DNA of 64,000 nt from Capsulimonadaceae bacterium (GCA_965215505.1 OZ244065.1:1280001-1344000), one strand, 5' to 3'. Shown: positions 38,543 to 48,253, counted from the stretch's first letter. The notes: generated by a model from the letters alone, not told the origin. Made by a program: numbers and translations.

Positions 38543-40639
38543 CTACCCGGCCGCCTTCAGGTAGGCGAGTCGTACTTTCGCCTTGGCGACGCGCGCGCTG
38601 GTCGGGTACTCGCTCACCAGCCGGGAGAGGCGCTGGACGGCGGCGGCCTTCTTGCCGGCCTTCTCCCAGGACGCGCCCGCCCAATACAGCGCCTCGGGCC
38701 GCAGGTCGTCGGCGGCCTTGTCGGCGGCAAGCAGGTCAAAGGCCGCCGCCGCGTCGTCGTACTTGCCCAGGCTGTAGAGCGTGTTGCCCAGCCCGAGACG
38801 CGCCTGGGGCGCGTCGGCGCTCTGCGGGTATTTTGCCAACAAGTCGGCGTAACGCGCCTGGGCGTCGTCGAACTTCTGCGCTTTGAAGCTCGCGTCGCCC
38901 AGATGCAGGAGTGCCTGGGAGGCATAGGCGCTCTGCCCGAACTCGGAGGCCAGCCGGGACCAGAGCGGCAGGGCGGCCTCGCCATGGCCCTGCTTCTCGC
39001 TGACCCAGGCCTGCGTGAACAGCACCGTCGCCATCACGTCCGGCGGGGGACTGCCCGCCGAGAGCGTCTGGCAGCCCGCCAGGGCATCATCCCACTTCTG
39101 CTGGTCCAGGTCGGCCTGCACCAGAGCGAGCCGCGCCTGCTGCTCGATTGCGGGTGAGTAACCCGGCCTGGCGGACAGGGCGAGCGCGGCGCGGGCGGAC
39201 TTCTCCGCCGCTGCGGGCTGTTTGCGCGCGATATCCAGCCAGGCCAGTTGGACGTGCGCGTCCGGCAGCCAGTCCGTCCCGGCCCCGCCCGTGACGGCGG
39301 CGGTCAGCGCGGCGAAGGCGGGCGCGTTCTTATCCTGCCCCTGGTCGGCCAGGCCGAGCAGATAGTGTGCCTCCGCCGCGACATCGGCGGGCGGCGCTGC
39401 CGCGAGCAGGGCCGTCAGCGCAGCCCCCGCCGGGGCATACCTCTTGGCGTCCAAGTCCAGCCGCGCCCGCTGGAGGACTCCGGCGGCGTTGTCCTCTTTC
39501 ACCGCCGCCTTGACGTCCCCGGCCTTCGCCCTAGCCTTGGAGGCGAGTTCGGAGGCGGGGAAGCGCGAGGCGACGGAGGCGAACAGCGCGGCGGCCTCGG
39601 CCGAGTGTCCGAGGGCGAGGGCGCAGTTGGCCGACCAATATAGCCCCTGCGCGGCGACCTTGGCGTCCGGCGACTTGGCCGCCGCATTGTAGGCGGCCTG
39701 GGCGGGCGTGTACTGCTTCTGCGCGTACAGGCATCGGCCCAGGGTCAGTTCGGCGGGAAGGCGCTGCGGGTCGGCGGCGGGCAGTCTGGCGAGGATGGCC
39801 TGGAGCCGAGTCGTCGCCCCGGCATAATCTTCCAGCTTCAGCAGGGCGTTGACGAGGCCGTCTTCCGCCGCCTGCTTGGTGTCTGCATCGGCACCGTTCG
39901 CAGACAAAGCCGCCTGGAACTCATCCCGCGCCTGGCCGTACTGCCTGGCATCAAGGTCCATCTGCCCCAGCAGCAGCGACGCCTGCGGGCGGTCCGCGCT
40001 CTTGGGGTAGCGGTCCAGGACGGCGCGGAGATGCTGGTGCGCCTCGTCCGTCCGGCCCAGCTTCAGCGCGGACAGGCCCGCGCCGAACGTGGCATCGGCG
40101 GCGGCCTCGCTGTCCGGGTACTTGCCGACGACTTCATTGTACGCCTGGGCGGCGGCCTCATAACTGCCGAGCTGGTAGTCCGCCTGACCCAGCCAATCAT
40201 AGGCGACCGGGGCCTGAGCGGGCGTGACGCCCGCCGCCGTCGCCGCCTTCAGCGCGCCGGCGGCTTTGGCCCACTGACTCGTCTGCAAGGCCGCCTCGCC
40301 CAGACCCAGTTCGGCGGTGTTCCGGACGGCCGGGTCTTTGGCGGCGACGGCCTTCTCGTAGGCCGGCACGGCTTTGGCGTACTGCCCCAGCTCCGAGCGG
40401 CACCGGCCCAGGGCCAGCGCGGCGGCCCCGGCGCGCGGGTGGCCTGGATTAGCGGCTAGAAAGGCGTCCAGGAGTTTGGCGGCCTGGGCGAACTTGCCCG
40501 CGTCGTACAAAGCGGACGCGGCGGCGAGCTGCTCGGCGGGCGGTTGGGCCTGGGCGTGAAGGGATCGGAGCGGCGCGGCTAGCGTCAGGGCGGGCGCGGC
40601 CAGCAGGACGGCAAAGAGGCGGCAGGACGGCGGGATCAT
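38543..40639 (-). CDS. exported tetratricopeptide repeat protein (CpoB/BamD-like repeats)
   Basis: Signal peptide; many repeats with YPxS...A and ALYW motifs. Confidence 0.88.
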   Translation of the reverse strand: MIPPSCRLFAVLLAAPALTLAAPLRSLHAQAQPPAEQLAAASALYDAGKFAQAAKLLDAFLAANPGHPRAGAAALALGRCRSELGQYAKAVPAYEKAVAAKDPAVRNTAELGLGEAALQTSQWAKAAGALKAATAAGVTPAQAPVAYDWLGQADYQLGSYEAAAQAYNEVVGKYPDSEAAADATFGAGLSALKLGRTDEAHQHLRAVLDRYPKSADRPQASLLLGQMDLDARQYGQARDEFQAALSANGADADTKQAAEDGLVNALLKLEDYAGATTRLQAILARLPAADPQRLPAELTLGRCLYAQKQYTPAQAAYNAAAKSPDAKVAAQGLYWSANCALALGHSAEAAALFASVASRFPASELASKARAKAGDVKAAVKEDNAAGVLQRARLDLDAKRYAPAGAALTALLAAAPPADVAAEAHYLLGLADQGQDKNAPAFAALTAAVTGGAGTDWLPDAHVQLAWLDIARKQPAAAEKSARAALALSARPGYSPAIEQQARLALVQADLDQQKWDDALAGCQTLSAGSPPPDVMATVLFTQAWVSEKQGHGEAALPLWSRLASEFGQSAYASQALLHLGDASFKAQKFDDAQARYADLLAKYPQSADAPQARLGLGNTLYSLGKYDDAAAAFDLLAADKAADDLRPEALYWAGASWEKAGKKAAAVQRLSRLVSEYPTSARVAKAKVRLAYLKAAG

Positions 40640-40810
40640 CGAGCGGCTCCTATCAATCGAGAGCAGGGCGGGACGGCGACGGGGTCCCCGGCGGCCGTCA
40701 CTGGATAGCTTTGAAGACGCTCATGTCGGGCGTATTGTTTCATCTATTTTGCCGACCCCTCGTCGCGCAGGCAGGAAACGGGGCGGGCGGCGGTGAAAGC
40801 GGGCGGTACT

Positions 40811-41041
40811 ATGGCAACCGAGAAGAAGTTTCGCATCCACTACCCCCTGGCGCAGATCAGCGCCCCGGTCCTGACGCATCTGGTGACGGATTTCGACCTG
40901 TCCCCGAACGTCCTGCGCGCCGACGTCAACGCCCGCGACGGCGGCTGGCTGGTGCTGGGGCTGACGGGGGACGACGCCCGGCTGGAGTCCGCGCTGGACT
41001 GGCTGCGCGGGCAAGGGCTGGAAGTCTCGGAGGAGGAGTAA
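40811..41041 (+). CDS. NIL domain protein
   Basis: PVLTHLVTDFDLSPNVLRADV...GWLVLGL. Confidence 0.85.
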   Translation: MATEKKFRIHYPLAQISAPVLTHLVTDFDLSPNVLRADVNARDGGWLVLGLTGDDARLESALDWLRGQGLEVSEEE

Positions 41042-41045
41042 CCCT

Positions 41046-41615
41046 ATGCCCGGTCAGCACCTCCCGCCCGCCGCGACCCTGCTGTTCGTGGCGTTCATCG
41101 GCTTCATGCTCTATCGTAGGTATCGGGGGATGGTGGGCCGGCAGCCTCTCGTCCCAAGCAGTCTGACGCTGCGGGTCGTCCTCCTGGGGGCCGTCACCCT
41201 GCTGTTCCTCCTCCCCACGTTGAGTCACGCCGCCGCTGCCGCCGCCGCTCTGGCCGGCCTCGTCGTCGGCGGACTGATCGGGCTGGCGGGGCTGAGTCTC
41301 ACCCGGTTCGAGCGCGCGCCGGACCGGGACTACTACACGCCCAACACCTACCTCGGGCTGGCCGTGTTCGGCGTCCTCCTGGCCCGGCTTGCCTACAACT
41401 TCATGCGGGTTTCGGCGCAGATGCAGACTCTCCCCGCCGGGCAGCCGCCGCCGGCGGGTTTCGGCAGCCTCACGGCCAACCCGCTGACGGCCGCCCTGCT
41501 GCTGATGGTCCTCGGCTACTACCTTGTCTATGGTGCCGGCCTGCTGCTGTGGGTCCGCCGGAATCCACCGGGGTCGGACATCCACGGGGGCTTCAGCCAG
41601 CCCAAGCGTTTCTGA
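41046..41615 (+). CDS. CcdC/DUF1453-like membrane protein
   Basis: YRRYRGMVGRQP, LTRFE..YYTPN, ARLAY. Confidence 0.75.
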   Translation: MPGQHLPPAATLLFVAFIGFMLYRRYRGMVGRQPLVPSSLTLRVVLLGAVTLLFLLPTLSHAAAAAAALAGLVVGGLIGLAGLSLTRFERAPDRDYYTPNTYLGLAVFGVLLARLAYNFMRVSAQMQTLPAGQPPPAGFGSLTANPLTAALLLMVLGYYLVYGAGLLLWVRRNPPGSDIHGGFSQPKRF

Positions 41616-41654
41616 CCAGACATCAATGCCAATGAAGGAAGAAGGAACAGACAC

Positions 41655-42656
41655 ATGGCAGACACAATCCGGTTCGGAGTGATCGGGACGGGCGGCATGG
41701 CCCAGGGCCACATCGAGCGGCTGCTGAAGATGTCCGATGTCGAAGTAGCCGCGTTCGCGGACATCAGCGAGCAGAGCCTTCAAAGGACGCGGGACAAGCA
41801 CGGCGAGGCGGTCGCCGCCGTCCCGACGTTCTCGGACTACCGGGAGATGCTGGAGAGGGCGAAGCTGGACGCCCTGCTCATCGCCACGCCGCACACGCTG
41901 CACTACCAGATGGCGGTGGACAGCCTGGACGCCGGGGCGCATGTGCTGCTGGAAAAGCCGATGGTCAACACGGTCACGGACGCCCACGCGCTGCTGAAAA
42001 AGATCGAGGAGACGGGAAAAGTCGTCGGGCTGGCCTACCAGCGCCACGGCCTGCCGCACTTCCGGTACATCAAGGAGAAGATCGAGTCGGGCGAGTTCGG
42101 GGCGGTCCAGTTCGTCAACGCCTTGCAGCAGCAGGGCTGGGCGAAGGGGACGGCCGGGTCCTGGCGTCAAGACCCCGCCCTGTCCGGCGGCGGCCAGATC
42201 AACGACAGCGGCTCACACCTGCTGGACATCGTCCTGTGGACGACGGGGCTTGCCCCCGAAAAGGTGTCCGCGTTCATGGACAACCGCGGCACGCCCGTGG
42301 ACATCAACAGCGCCCTCTCCATCCGGTTTACCAGCGGCGCGCAGGGCAACATCTCGGTCGTGGGCGACGCGGCGGGGTGGTACGAGGACATCACGGTCTG
42401 GTGCGACAACGGCTCGTTCTATGTCCGCAACGACGGCACGTTCCGTGTGCAGGGGACGGACGGCAAGACTTTCTCGCCCGACGCCGCGCAGATGCCGGCC
42501 GGCTCGGACGTGGACACGAACTTCATCCACGCCATCCAAGGAACGGAAGAGATCGCCGCCAAGCCGATCAACGGCCTGCGGACCATCGAGCTGACCGAGG
42601 CCGCCTGGGAGTCGGCCAAGGCGGGCGGGCAGCTCACGCCGGTGAAGTGGTCGTAG
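41655..42656 (+). CDS. Gfo/Idh/MocA oxidoreductase
   Basis: GVIGTGGMA, HVLLEKP, GGGQINDSGSHLLD. Confidence 0.93.
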   Translation: MADTIRFGVIGTGGMAQGHIERLLKMSDVEVAAFADISEQSLQRTRDKHGEAVAAVPTFSDYREMLERAKLDALLIATPHTLHYQMAVDSLDAGAHVLLEKPMVNTVTDAHALLKKIEETGKVVGLAYQRHGLPHFRYIKEKIESGEFGAVQFVNALQQQGWAKGTAGSWRQDPALSGGGQINDSGSHLLDIVLWTTGLAPEKVSAFMDNRGTPVDINSALSIRFTSGAQGNISVVGDAAGWYEDITVWCDNGSFYVRNDGTFRVQGTDGKTFSPDAAQMPAGSDVDTNFIHAIQGTEEIAAKPINGLRTIELTEAAWESAKAGGQLTPVKWS

Positions 42657-42715
42657 GAGGGCGCGCAGGCAGACAGGAGAGCGCGGCAAGCAGCGCCCCT
42701 ACACACAACCCGCGT

Positions 42716-43777
42716 CTACTCATGCGCCATCCGGTCCGCGATGTGGGCGACGATCTCGACCGCACAGCGGCGGGACTCGAGGATGATGTTGGCGCGGGAC
42801 AGCGACCCGGCGATGTAGAGGCCGGGCACTTCGGACTCGGAAGTCTCCTTGTCGTAGAGGGGCAGGCCGTCCGGGGCCAGCGGCACGCTCAGATGGGCGA
42901 ACAGCGTCCGGTCCGCCGTGTGGCCGATGAGGGCGAACACGAAGTCGTTGGGCAGCGTCGAGCGGGGAGCCTCCGCGCCCGGCGCGGCCTCGCCATAGGC
43001 GATGTGCGCCAGATCCACGCTGTGGGGCGCGACGCAGGCGACGCGGACGTCCGTGATCAGCGTCAGGCGCTTCTCGTCGGCCATGATCTTCAGGTCACGC
43101 ACGATGAACGGGCGCAAGTGGCTCTGGTAGTCGGCGGGCGCGCGGCGCATGGCGATCGTGACGCGCGCCCCCGCCTCGGCCAGAGTCATCGCGCCGGTCG
43201 CCGCCGAGTTGCCGCCGCCCACCACCAGCACATCGCGCCCGAAGAAGGGCGTCGGGTCGGCCAGCCGCGTGAACACTTTGGGCAGGTCGCCCCCCGGAAC
43301 GTCCAGCGGGCGCGGGTTCGGGAACGTACCGGTGCAGATCAGCAGGAACCGGGTGCGGCGCTCGATCACCTCTCCCTCCCCCGCCCGGCGGCGGACCGAG
43401 CGGACCGCGAAATGGCCCTCGGGCGGGGCCGGGCCGACGCGCCTGACGTCCACCACCTCCTCCCAGGTCACAAGCGGCAGGTTCCGCGACGATGCCACGG
43501 CGCGGTAGTAGGCCAGGGCGTCCTCGCGCGTCGGTTTGTGCCCGCCGGCCATGAAGAACGGCACGCCGCCGACGGCAAGTTCGTCGGACGGGGAGAAGTA
43601 CTGGATCTGCTGCGGGTGTTCCACCAGCGATTGGACGGGGCCGCTCCGCTCCACCACGACGTGTGACAGGCCGGCCTCCTGGGCCGCGCAGGAGGCGGCC
43701 AGGCCGGCGGGTCCCGCGCCGACGATCAGCAGGTCCAGGGTCTTGTCTGGGATATTCTCTTGGGTCGTGTCTTCCAT
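42716..43777 (-). CDS. YpdA-like FAD/NADPH oxidoreductase (putative bacillithiol disulfide reductase)
   Basis: GAGPAG, YFSPSDELAVGGVPF, KPTREDALAYYR, GGGNSA; no CxxC. Confidence 0.75.
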   Translation of the reverse strand: MEDTTQENIPDKTLDLLIVGAGPAGLAASCAAQEAGLSHVVVERSGPVQSLVEHPQQIQYFSPSDELAVGGVPFFMAGGHKPTREDALAYYRAVASSRNLPLVTWEEVVDVRRVGPAPPEGHFAVRSVRRRAGEGEVIERRTRFLLICTGTFPNPRPLDVPGGDLPKVFTRLADPTPFFGRDVLVVGGGNSAATGAMTLAEAGARVTIAMRRAPADYQSHLRPFIVRDLKIMADEKRLTLITDVRVACVAPHSVDLAHIAYGEAAPGAEAPRSTLPNDFVFALIGHTADRTLFAHLSVPLAPDGLPLYDKETSESEVPGLYIAGSLSRANIILESRRCAVEIVAHIADRMAHE

Positions 43778-43847
43778 GCCCCCATTGTACCCCGTTACGG
43801 GAATCGCGCCCCGTTAGAGACGCCGCGTTTCCAGGTACAATAACCCC

Positions 43848-45254
43848 ATGTTGTTTCGGAAAAGAACCCGGCTGATGCGCGCCTCCAGCCTCCTCCCCCC
43901 GCTCCTCGCCGCCCTCCTCCTAGTCGCCCCTGTTCCCGGTCGCGCGGAGACGGCGGCGGCGCTGCCGACATCCACGGCGGGCAATGTCGAACTGGGCACC
44001 GTCACCGAGTACACGCTCCCGAACGGCCTGCAAGTGCTTGTCGCGCCCTCAAACGCCGCCGACCTGGTCACGATGGACGTCTGGGTCGGGGCCGGGACGC
44101 GGCGCGAGACGGCGGAAAACAACGGCGTCGCGCACTTCATGGAACACCTGATCTTCAAGGGCACCCCGACTCGCAAGCCGGGCGACATTGACGCCGCCAT
44201 CGAGGACCTGGGCGGGACTCTGAACGCGGCTACGAGCTACGACTGGGCGCACTTCTACGGCACGGTCGTTTCCGCCGACGCCCCCGCCGCCCTGGCCGTG
44301 CTGGGGGACGCCCTGATGAACTCGGAGATGCGTCAGGCCGACATAGACGCCGAGAAGCCGGTCATCCTCAGCGAGATGGCGCGCGAGGAGAACAGCGCGA
44401 CGACGCGCGTGAACCGCGTCTTCAACGCGCTCAGTTTCCCCACTCATCCCTACGGGCGGCCCCTGCTTGGCACAGCCTCCAACATCTCCGACATGCCGCG
44501 CAAGACGGTCGTTGACTTCTACCACACCTATTACGCGCCCGCCAACGCGACTCTGATCCTGGCCGGGCGGATCACGCCCGAGGAGGGCCTGGCGCTCGCC
44601 CGGAAGACCTTCGGGGCGTGGCCCGCCCGCGCCGTGCCCGACGACAAGGTGCTGCCCGAAGCGCCGCAGGTCGGGGTCCGCGTCCGCAACCTGACGGCCC
44701 CCGCCCGGCGCGGCTTCTTGCAGCTCGGCTTCCGCGCCCCGTCCGTGCGCGACAAGCCCGACGCCTGGGTGATGGACGTCCTGATGACCCTGCTCGGCCA
44801 GGGCGGCAACAACCGGCTGGAACAGGATCTCGAGCGCAAAAAGAAGCTGGTCACGGCCATCAACACGAGCTACCTGACCCAGCGCGATCCGGGCACGATG
44901 AGCGTCACGGCCGAGTTCGACCCCGGCGACTATGACACCGTCCGCAAGGCGATCCTCGCCGAGACGGCGGCCCTGCGCGACACGCCCGTCTCGCCCGAGG
45001 AGCTGGCCGCCGCCAAGCATACCTTGCTGGCCTCTTACCTGTTCGACGCCCAGACCAACTCGGGCCGGGCGGACGCGCTGGGCTTCTACAGCCGGATCGA
45101 CTCGTACAAGTACGACGTTGACTATGTGGACAACTTCGAGGCCGTCACGCCTGACATGGTCCAGGGCGTCGCGCGCAAGTACCTGATCCCGGACGCTTAT
45201 GTCCTGGTCACGCTGCTGCCCGTCCCCGACCCCATCACCGCCTCACGGCATTAA
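43848..45254 (+). CDS. M16 (pitrilysin) family peptidase, active subunit, exported
   Basis: GVAHFMEHLIFKG inverted zinc motif; signal peptide. Confidence 0.92.
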   Translation: MLFRKRTRLMRASSLLPPLLAALLLVAPVPGRAETAAALPTSTAGNVELGTVTEYTLPNGLQVLVAPSNAADLVTMDVWVGAGTRRETAENNGVAHFMEHLIFKGTPTRKPGDIDAAIEDLGGTLNAATSYDWAHFYGTVVSADAPAALAVLGDALMNSEMRQADIDAEKPVILSEMAREENSATTRVNRVFNALSFPTHPYGRPLLGTASNISDMPRKTVVDFYHTYYAPANATLILAGRITPEEGLALARKTFGAWPARAVPDDKVLPEAPQVGVRVRNLTAPARRGFLQLGFRAPSVRDKPDAWVMDVLMTLLGQGGNNRLEQDLERKKKLVTAINTSYLTQRDPGTMSVTAEFDPGDYDTVRKAILAETAALRDTPVSPEELAAAKHTLLASYLFDAQTNSGRADALGFYSRIDSYKYDVDYVDNFEAVTPDMVQGVARKYLIPDAYVLVTLLPVPDPITASRH

Positions 45255-45276
45255 CGCATTCAAAGGAACACGTCCC

Positions 45277-46659
45277 GTGCTGAAACGCTTCTCTCAGGCC
45301 CTCCTCCTCGGTGCGCTGGCCGCACTCTGCGGCCCCGCCGTCCGCGCCGACCAGGGTGCCCCCGTCAAGACGACGCTGCCGAACGGCCTGCGGATCATCT
45401 GCAAGCCTGAGGCGGACACGCCCCTGGTCGCCATTGACGTGTTCGTCCGCGCGGGCGCACCGCAGGAGACGGCGGCACAGGTGGGCATCGGCAGTTTCGT
45501 CGCGCACACCCTTTTCGCCTCGACGCGGGACAGCACGCCGGAGATCATGACGCGCGACGTCAACGCCCTGGGCGGCAACGTCTCGGCGGCCTGGCACCCC
45601 GACTGGACGCAGATCGCCGCGCTCACCGTCAAAGACAAGTTCCCGGACGCCGTCTTCCTGCTGGCGAACAGCCTGAAGAACGCCGACTTCGACGCGGCCG
45701 CCGTCGAGGACGCGCGGCAGCGGATTCTCTCGGAACTGGATAACCGCGACGCCGACCTGTTCCAGACCGCCTATGGCAACCTGGAGAAGACGCTGTACGG
45801 CGGCACCTCCTATGCCCGCCCGGAAGGCGGCACGGCGGACTCGATACGACGCCTGACGCGCGCCGACCTGGTCCGCTACTACACCCGCTACTACGTCCCG
45901 CAGGACATCGTGTTCGTCGTCGTCGGCAACGTCACGCCCCAGGAGGCGCAGCAGCAGATCACCGACGCCCTGGACGACTTCCCGCGCCCCGGCCGCCCCG
46001 CCCCCGGCTTCGCCGAACCGCTGCCGCCGCTTGCGGGCGACGTCCCGCCGGTCCGGGTCTACCAGCCCGACCTTGACCAGGAGATCGTCATGGCCGGCTT
46101 CCGGGCCGCCCCCACCTCCGGCCCCGACTACCCGGCCCTGCTGGTCGCCAACGCCCTGCTCGGCGGCATGAAGTCGGGGAGGCTGTTCACCCAGCTCCGC
46201 GAGAAGCAGGGCCTGGCATATGAACTCGGCTCCGTCTACAACCCGCGCCTGGCCTCGGGCGATCTGGCGGGCTACGTCTACGGCGCTCCCACCAAGACGG
46301 ACCCCGTCACCAAAAAAGACGTCACGACAGTAGGCCCGATCAAGGAAGGCCTGCTCGCACAGTTCACCGCGCTTCAGACTGCGCCCCCCACGGCTGCCGA
46401 ACTGTCCCGCGCCAAGCACTTCCTGATCGGCTCCTACGCCCTCCGCCACGAGCGCATCGAGGACCGCGCCGCCCTGCTCGGTGCCGCTGAGCTGTCCGCG
46501 CCGGACGGCTACCGCCTGGACACCGACTACGCCAAATACGTCAATGCCGTCACCGCCGCCGACGTGCAGCGGGTCGCCCTGAAATACTTCGTCCACCCCG
46601 TCATCTCCACGGTCGAGCCGACGGCGAAGGGCGGCGGCGCGGGCGCGGCGGGCGGGTAA
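45277..46659 (+). CDS. M16 family peptidase, non-catalytic partner subunit
   Basis: Lacks HxxEH; has SGRLFTQLREKQGLAY. Confidence 0.88.
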   Translation: MLKRFSQALLLGALAALCGPAVRADQGAPVKTTLPNGLRIICKPEADTPLVAIDVFVRAGAPQETAAQVGIGSFVAHTLFASTRDSTPEIMTRDVNALGGNVSAAWHPDWTQIAALTVKDKFPDAVFLLANSLKNADFDAAAVEDARQRILSELDNRDADLFQTAYGNLEKTLYGGTSYARPEGGTADSIRRLTRADLVRYYTRYYVPQDIVFVVVGNVTPQEAQQQITDALDDFPRPGRPAPGFAEPLPPLAGDVPPVRVYQPDLDQEIVMAGFRAAPTSGPDYPALLVANALLGGMKSGRLFTQLREKQGLAYELGSVYNPRLASGDLAGYVYGAPTKTDPVTKKDVTTVGPIKEGLLAQFTALQTAPPTAAELSRAKHFLIGSYALRHERIEDRAALLGAAELSAPDGYRLDTDYAKYVNAVTAADVQRVALKYFVHPVISTVEPTAKGGGAGAAGG

Positions 46660-46676
46660 CGAATCAGAGGTGAAAA

Positions 46677-46898
46677 ATGAACAGGCGCGTCTTGAGGTTC
46701 ATGTATGCGGGTGTTGCAGGATTTGCAGCGTTCTGTGCGATGGTTGATTACCAGGAAGCCCATGCCTATTCGCGCCGCGTTATACAGGACATGTTTTTCG
46801 GCGTACTGTGGCTGCTTCTTGCAGTCTTTTCCCCCTATCTCCCGACGCTGGGCAAGCCTCTATTTCAGAGAAGGCCGAAGCCGCTCCGCAAACCTTGA
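46677..46898 (+). CDS. small membrane protein
   Basis: Two hydrophobic segments; GAGGTG RBS. Confidence 0.55.
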   Translation: MNRRVLRFMYAGVAGFAAFCAMVDYQEAHAYSRRVIQDMFFGVLWLLLAVFSPYLPTLGKPLFQRRPKPLRKP

Positions 46899-46916
46899 CT
46901 GCCGAGTAACTGACAG

Positions 46917-47417
46917 ATGACAACCATACGCCGAGCCAGGCCGCAGGACGGCCCGGCTCTATTCACATTGGCCCGCGCCTTCGCCACCTCGTTCGCCGTG
47001 GAGCAGCCCGCATTTGGGCGATCGTTCGGGGAGCTGCTCACGCACCCGGAGGCGTTCATTGCCGTGGCGGAGGCAGAAGGGGAGATCATGGGCTATGTCC
47101 TCGGCTTTGAACACCTGACGTTCTTCGCGAACGGCCGCGTGGCCTCGGTGGAGGAGATCATGGTCGCCGAGGCGTTCCGGCGGCGGGGCGTGGGGCGGCG
47201 TCTGATGGAGGCGTTTGAGGCGTGGGCGGTGGGCCGTGAGGCGAAGATGATCGCGCTGGCGACGCGCCGGGCTGCGGAGTTCTATGAGACGCAGGGATAC
47301 GAGGAGTCGGCGATATATTTCCGCAAACGGCTGCCACAGGGGAGCCACCAGGAGTTTGAGGCGGTTTTGGCGGAAGTGCCAACTGTACCGCCCGGCCCGC
47401 GAGACACAGAGACATAA
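46917..47417 (+). CDS. GNAT acetyltransferase
   Basis: VAEAFRRRGVGRRLM, AAEFYETQGY. Confidence 0.88.
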   Translation: MTTIRRARPQDGPALFTLARAFATSFAVEQPAFGRSFGELLTHPEAFIAVAEAEGEIMGYVLGFEHLTFFANGRVASVEEIMVAEAFRRRGVGRRLMEAFEAWAVGREAKMIALATRRAAEFYETQGYEESAIYFRKRLPQGSHQEFEAVLAEVPTVPPGPRDTET

Positions 47418-47427
47418 AGACGGAGAA

Positions 47428-47459
47428 ACGCCCGGCCCCCTGTACAGAGGGCCGGGCGT
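47428..47459 (-). terminator. intrinsic terminator
   Basis: ACGCCCGGCCC...GGGCCGGGCGT stem followed by T residues on the minus strand. Confidence 0.7.
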
Positions 47460-47473
47460 ATTGGCCGATCAGC

Positions 47474-48106
47474 CTATTTGGCGAGGGCGGCGCGCTTGCT
47501 CTGGCCGCGTCCCAGGCCGCGCTTGAAGGGGGCGCGGTGGACGATCTCGGTGTAGTCCAGGCCGGCGGCGGTCAGGGCCTTGTGCCAGGAGTCGAAGCGG
47601 CGGCGGGCGGCCGTGATGAGGGTGATGTCCTCCAGCTCCATGTTCTTGGCGTTCAGCTCCTTGCCGTCGCGGTGGAACTCGCGGACCATCTCCAGGATGC
47701 GGTCGTCGTCCCACTCGCGGTAGCGGCGGATGGAGTCGTAGTCCAGGCCGGCGGCTTCCAGGGCCTCACGCCAGGAGCCGAAGTGGCTCTTCTTGGTGGC
47801 GGCGGCGGCGAGCTGCGGGTCCACGTTCAGGCAGACATTGCGCCAGGACAGGTCCACGTTCTGCGCGTGCAGCTCCTTGACTCGGGCGATGATGCGCTCG
47901 CGGCTCCAGGACTTGTAGCGGCGGATGGAGTCGTAGTCCAGGCCGGCGAAGCGGACGGCGTCTTCCCAGGTGCCGAAGTAGCGGGTGGCGGCACGCAGCA
48001 GGGAGAGGTTGTTGGTAGCGACGCTGGAGTAGTTGAGATTCTCGCCGGACTCGTACATGCTGAGAATCTCGAGTGCGATTGCGTCTTTGTTCCATTTACG
48101 ATGCAT
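47474..48106 (-). CDS. protein of three homing-endonuclease-associated-type helical repeats
   Basis: Three W...F(G/D)(T/S)WxxAxxxAGLDY units; AGGAGA RBS before ATG 48106. Confidence 0.7.
   Translation of the reverse strand: MHRKWNKDAIALEILSMYESGENLNYSSVATNNLSLLRAATRYFGTWEDAVRFAGLDYDSIRRYKSWSRERIIARVKELHAQNVDLSWRNVCLNVDPQLAAAATKKSHFGSWREALEAAGLDYDSIRRYREWDDDRILEMVREFHRDGKELNAKNMELEDITLITAARRRFDSWHKALTAAGLDYTEIVHRAPFKRGLGRGQSKRAALAK
47720..47948. repeat. 34-bp exact intragenic direct repeat
   Basis: GTAGCGGCGGATGGAGTCGTAGTCCAGGCCGGCG at 47720-47753 and 47915-47948. Confidence 0.9.
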
Positions 48107-48253
48107 TGAACGGGTTTCTCCTGTAGTCACTGTCTATTCTTACTGTCTCAGAGGAACGCCGCGCACGGCACTGTCACGTCGCGTATTGGGCCTTCTGCGG
48201 AGAAGGACTTGATGAGCAGCCTTGAGTGGGATCGCAACGGTCGCGACAGAGTT

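Noticed and set aside
45277-46659. M16 gene lacking HxxEH as a pseudogene
   Set aside because: Active/inactive heterodimer pairs are normal for M16B peptidases
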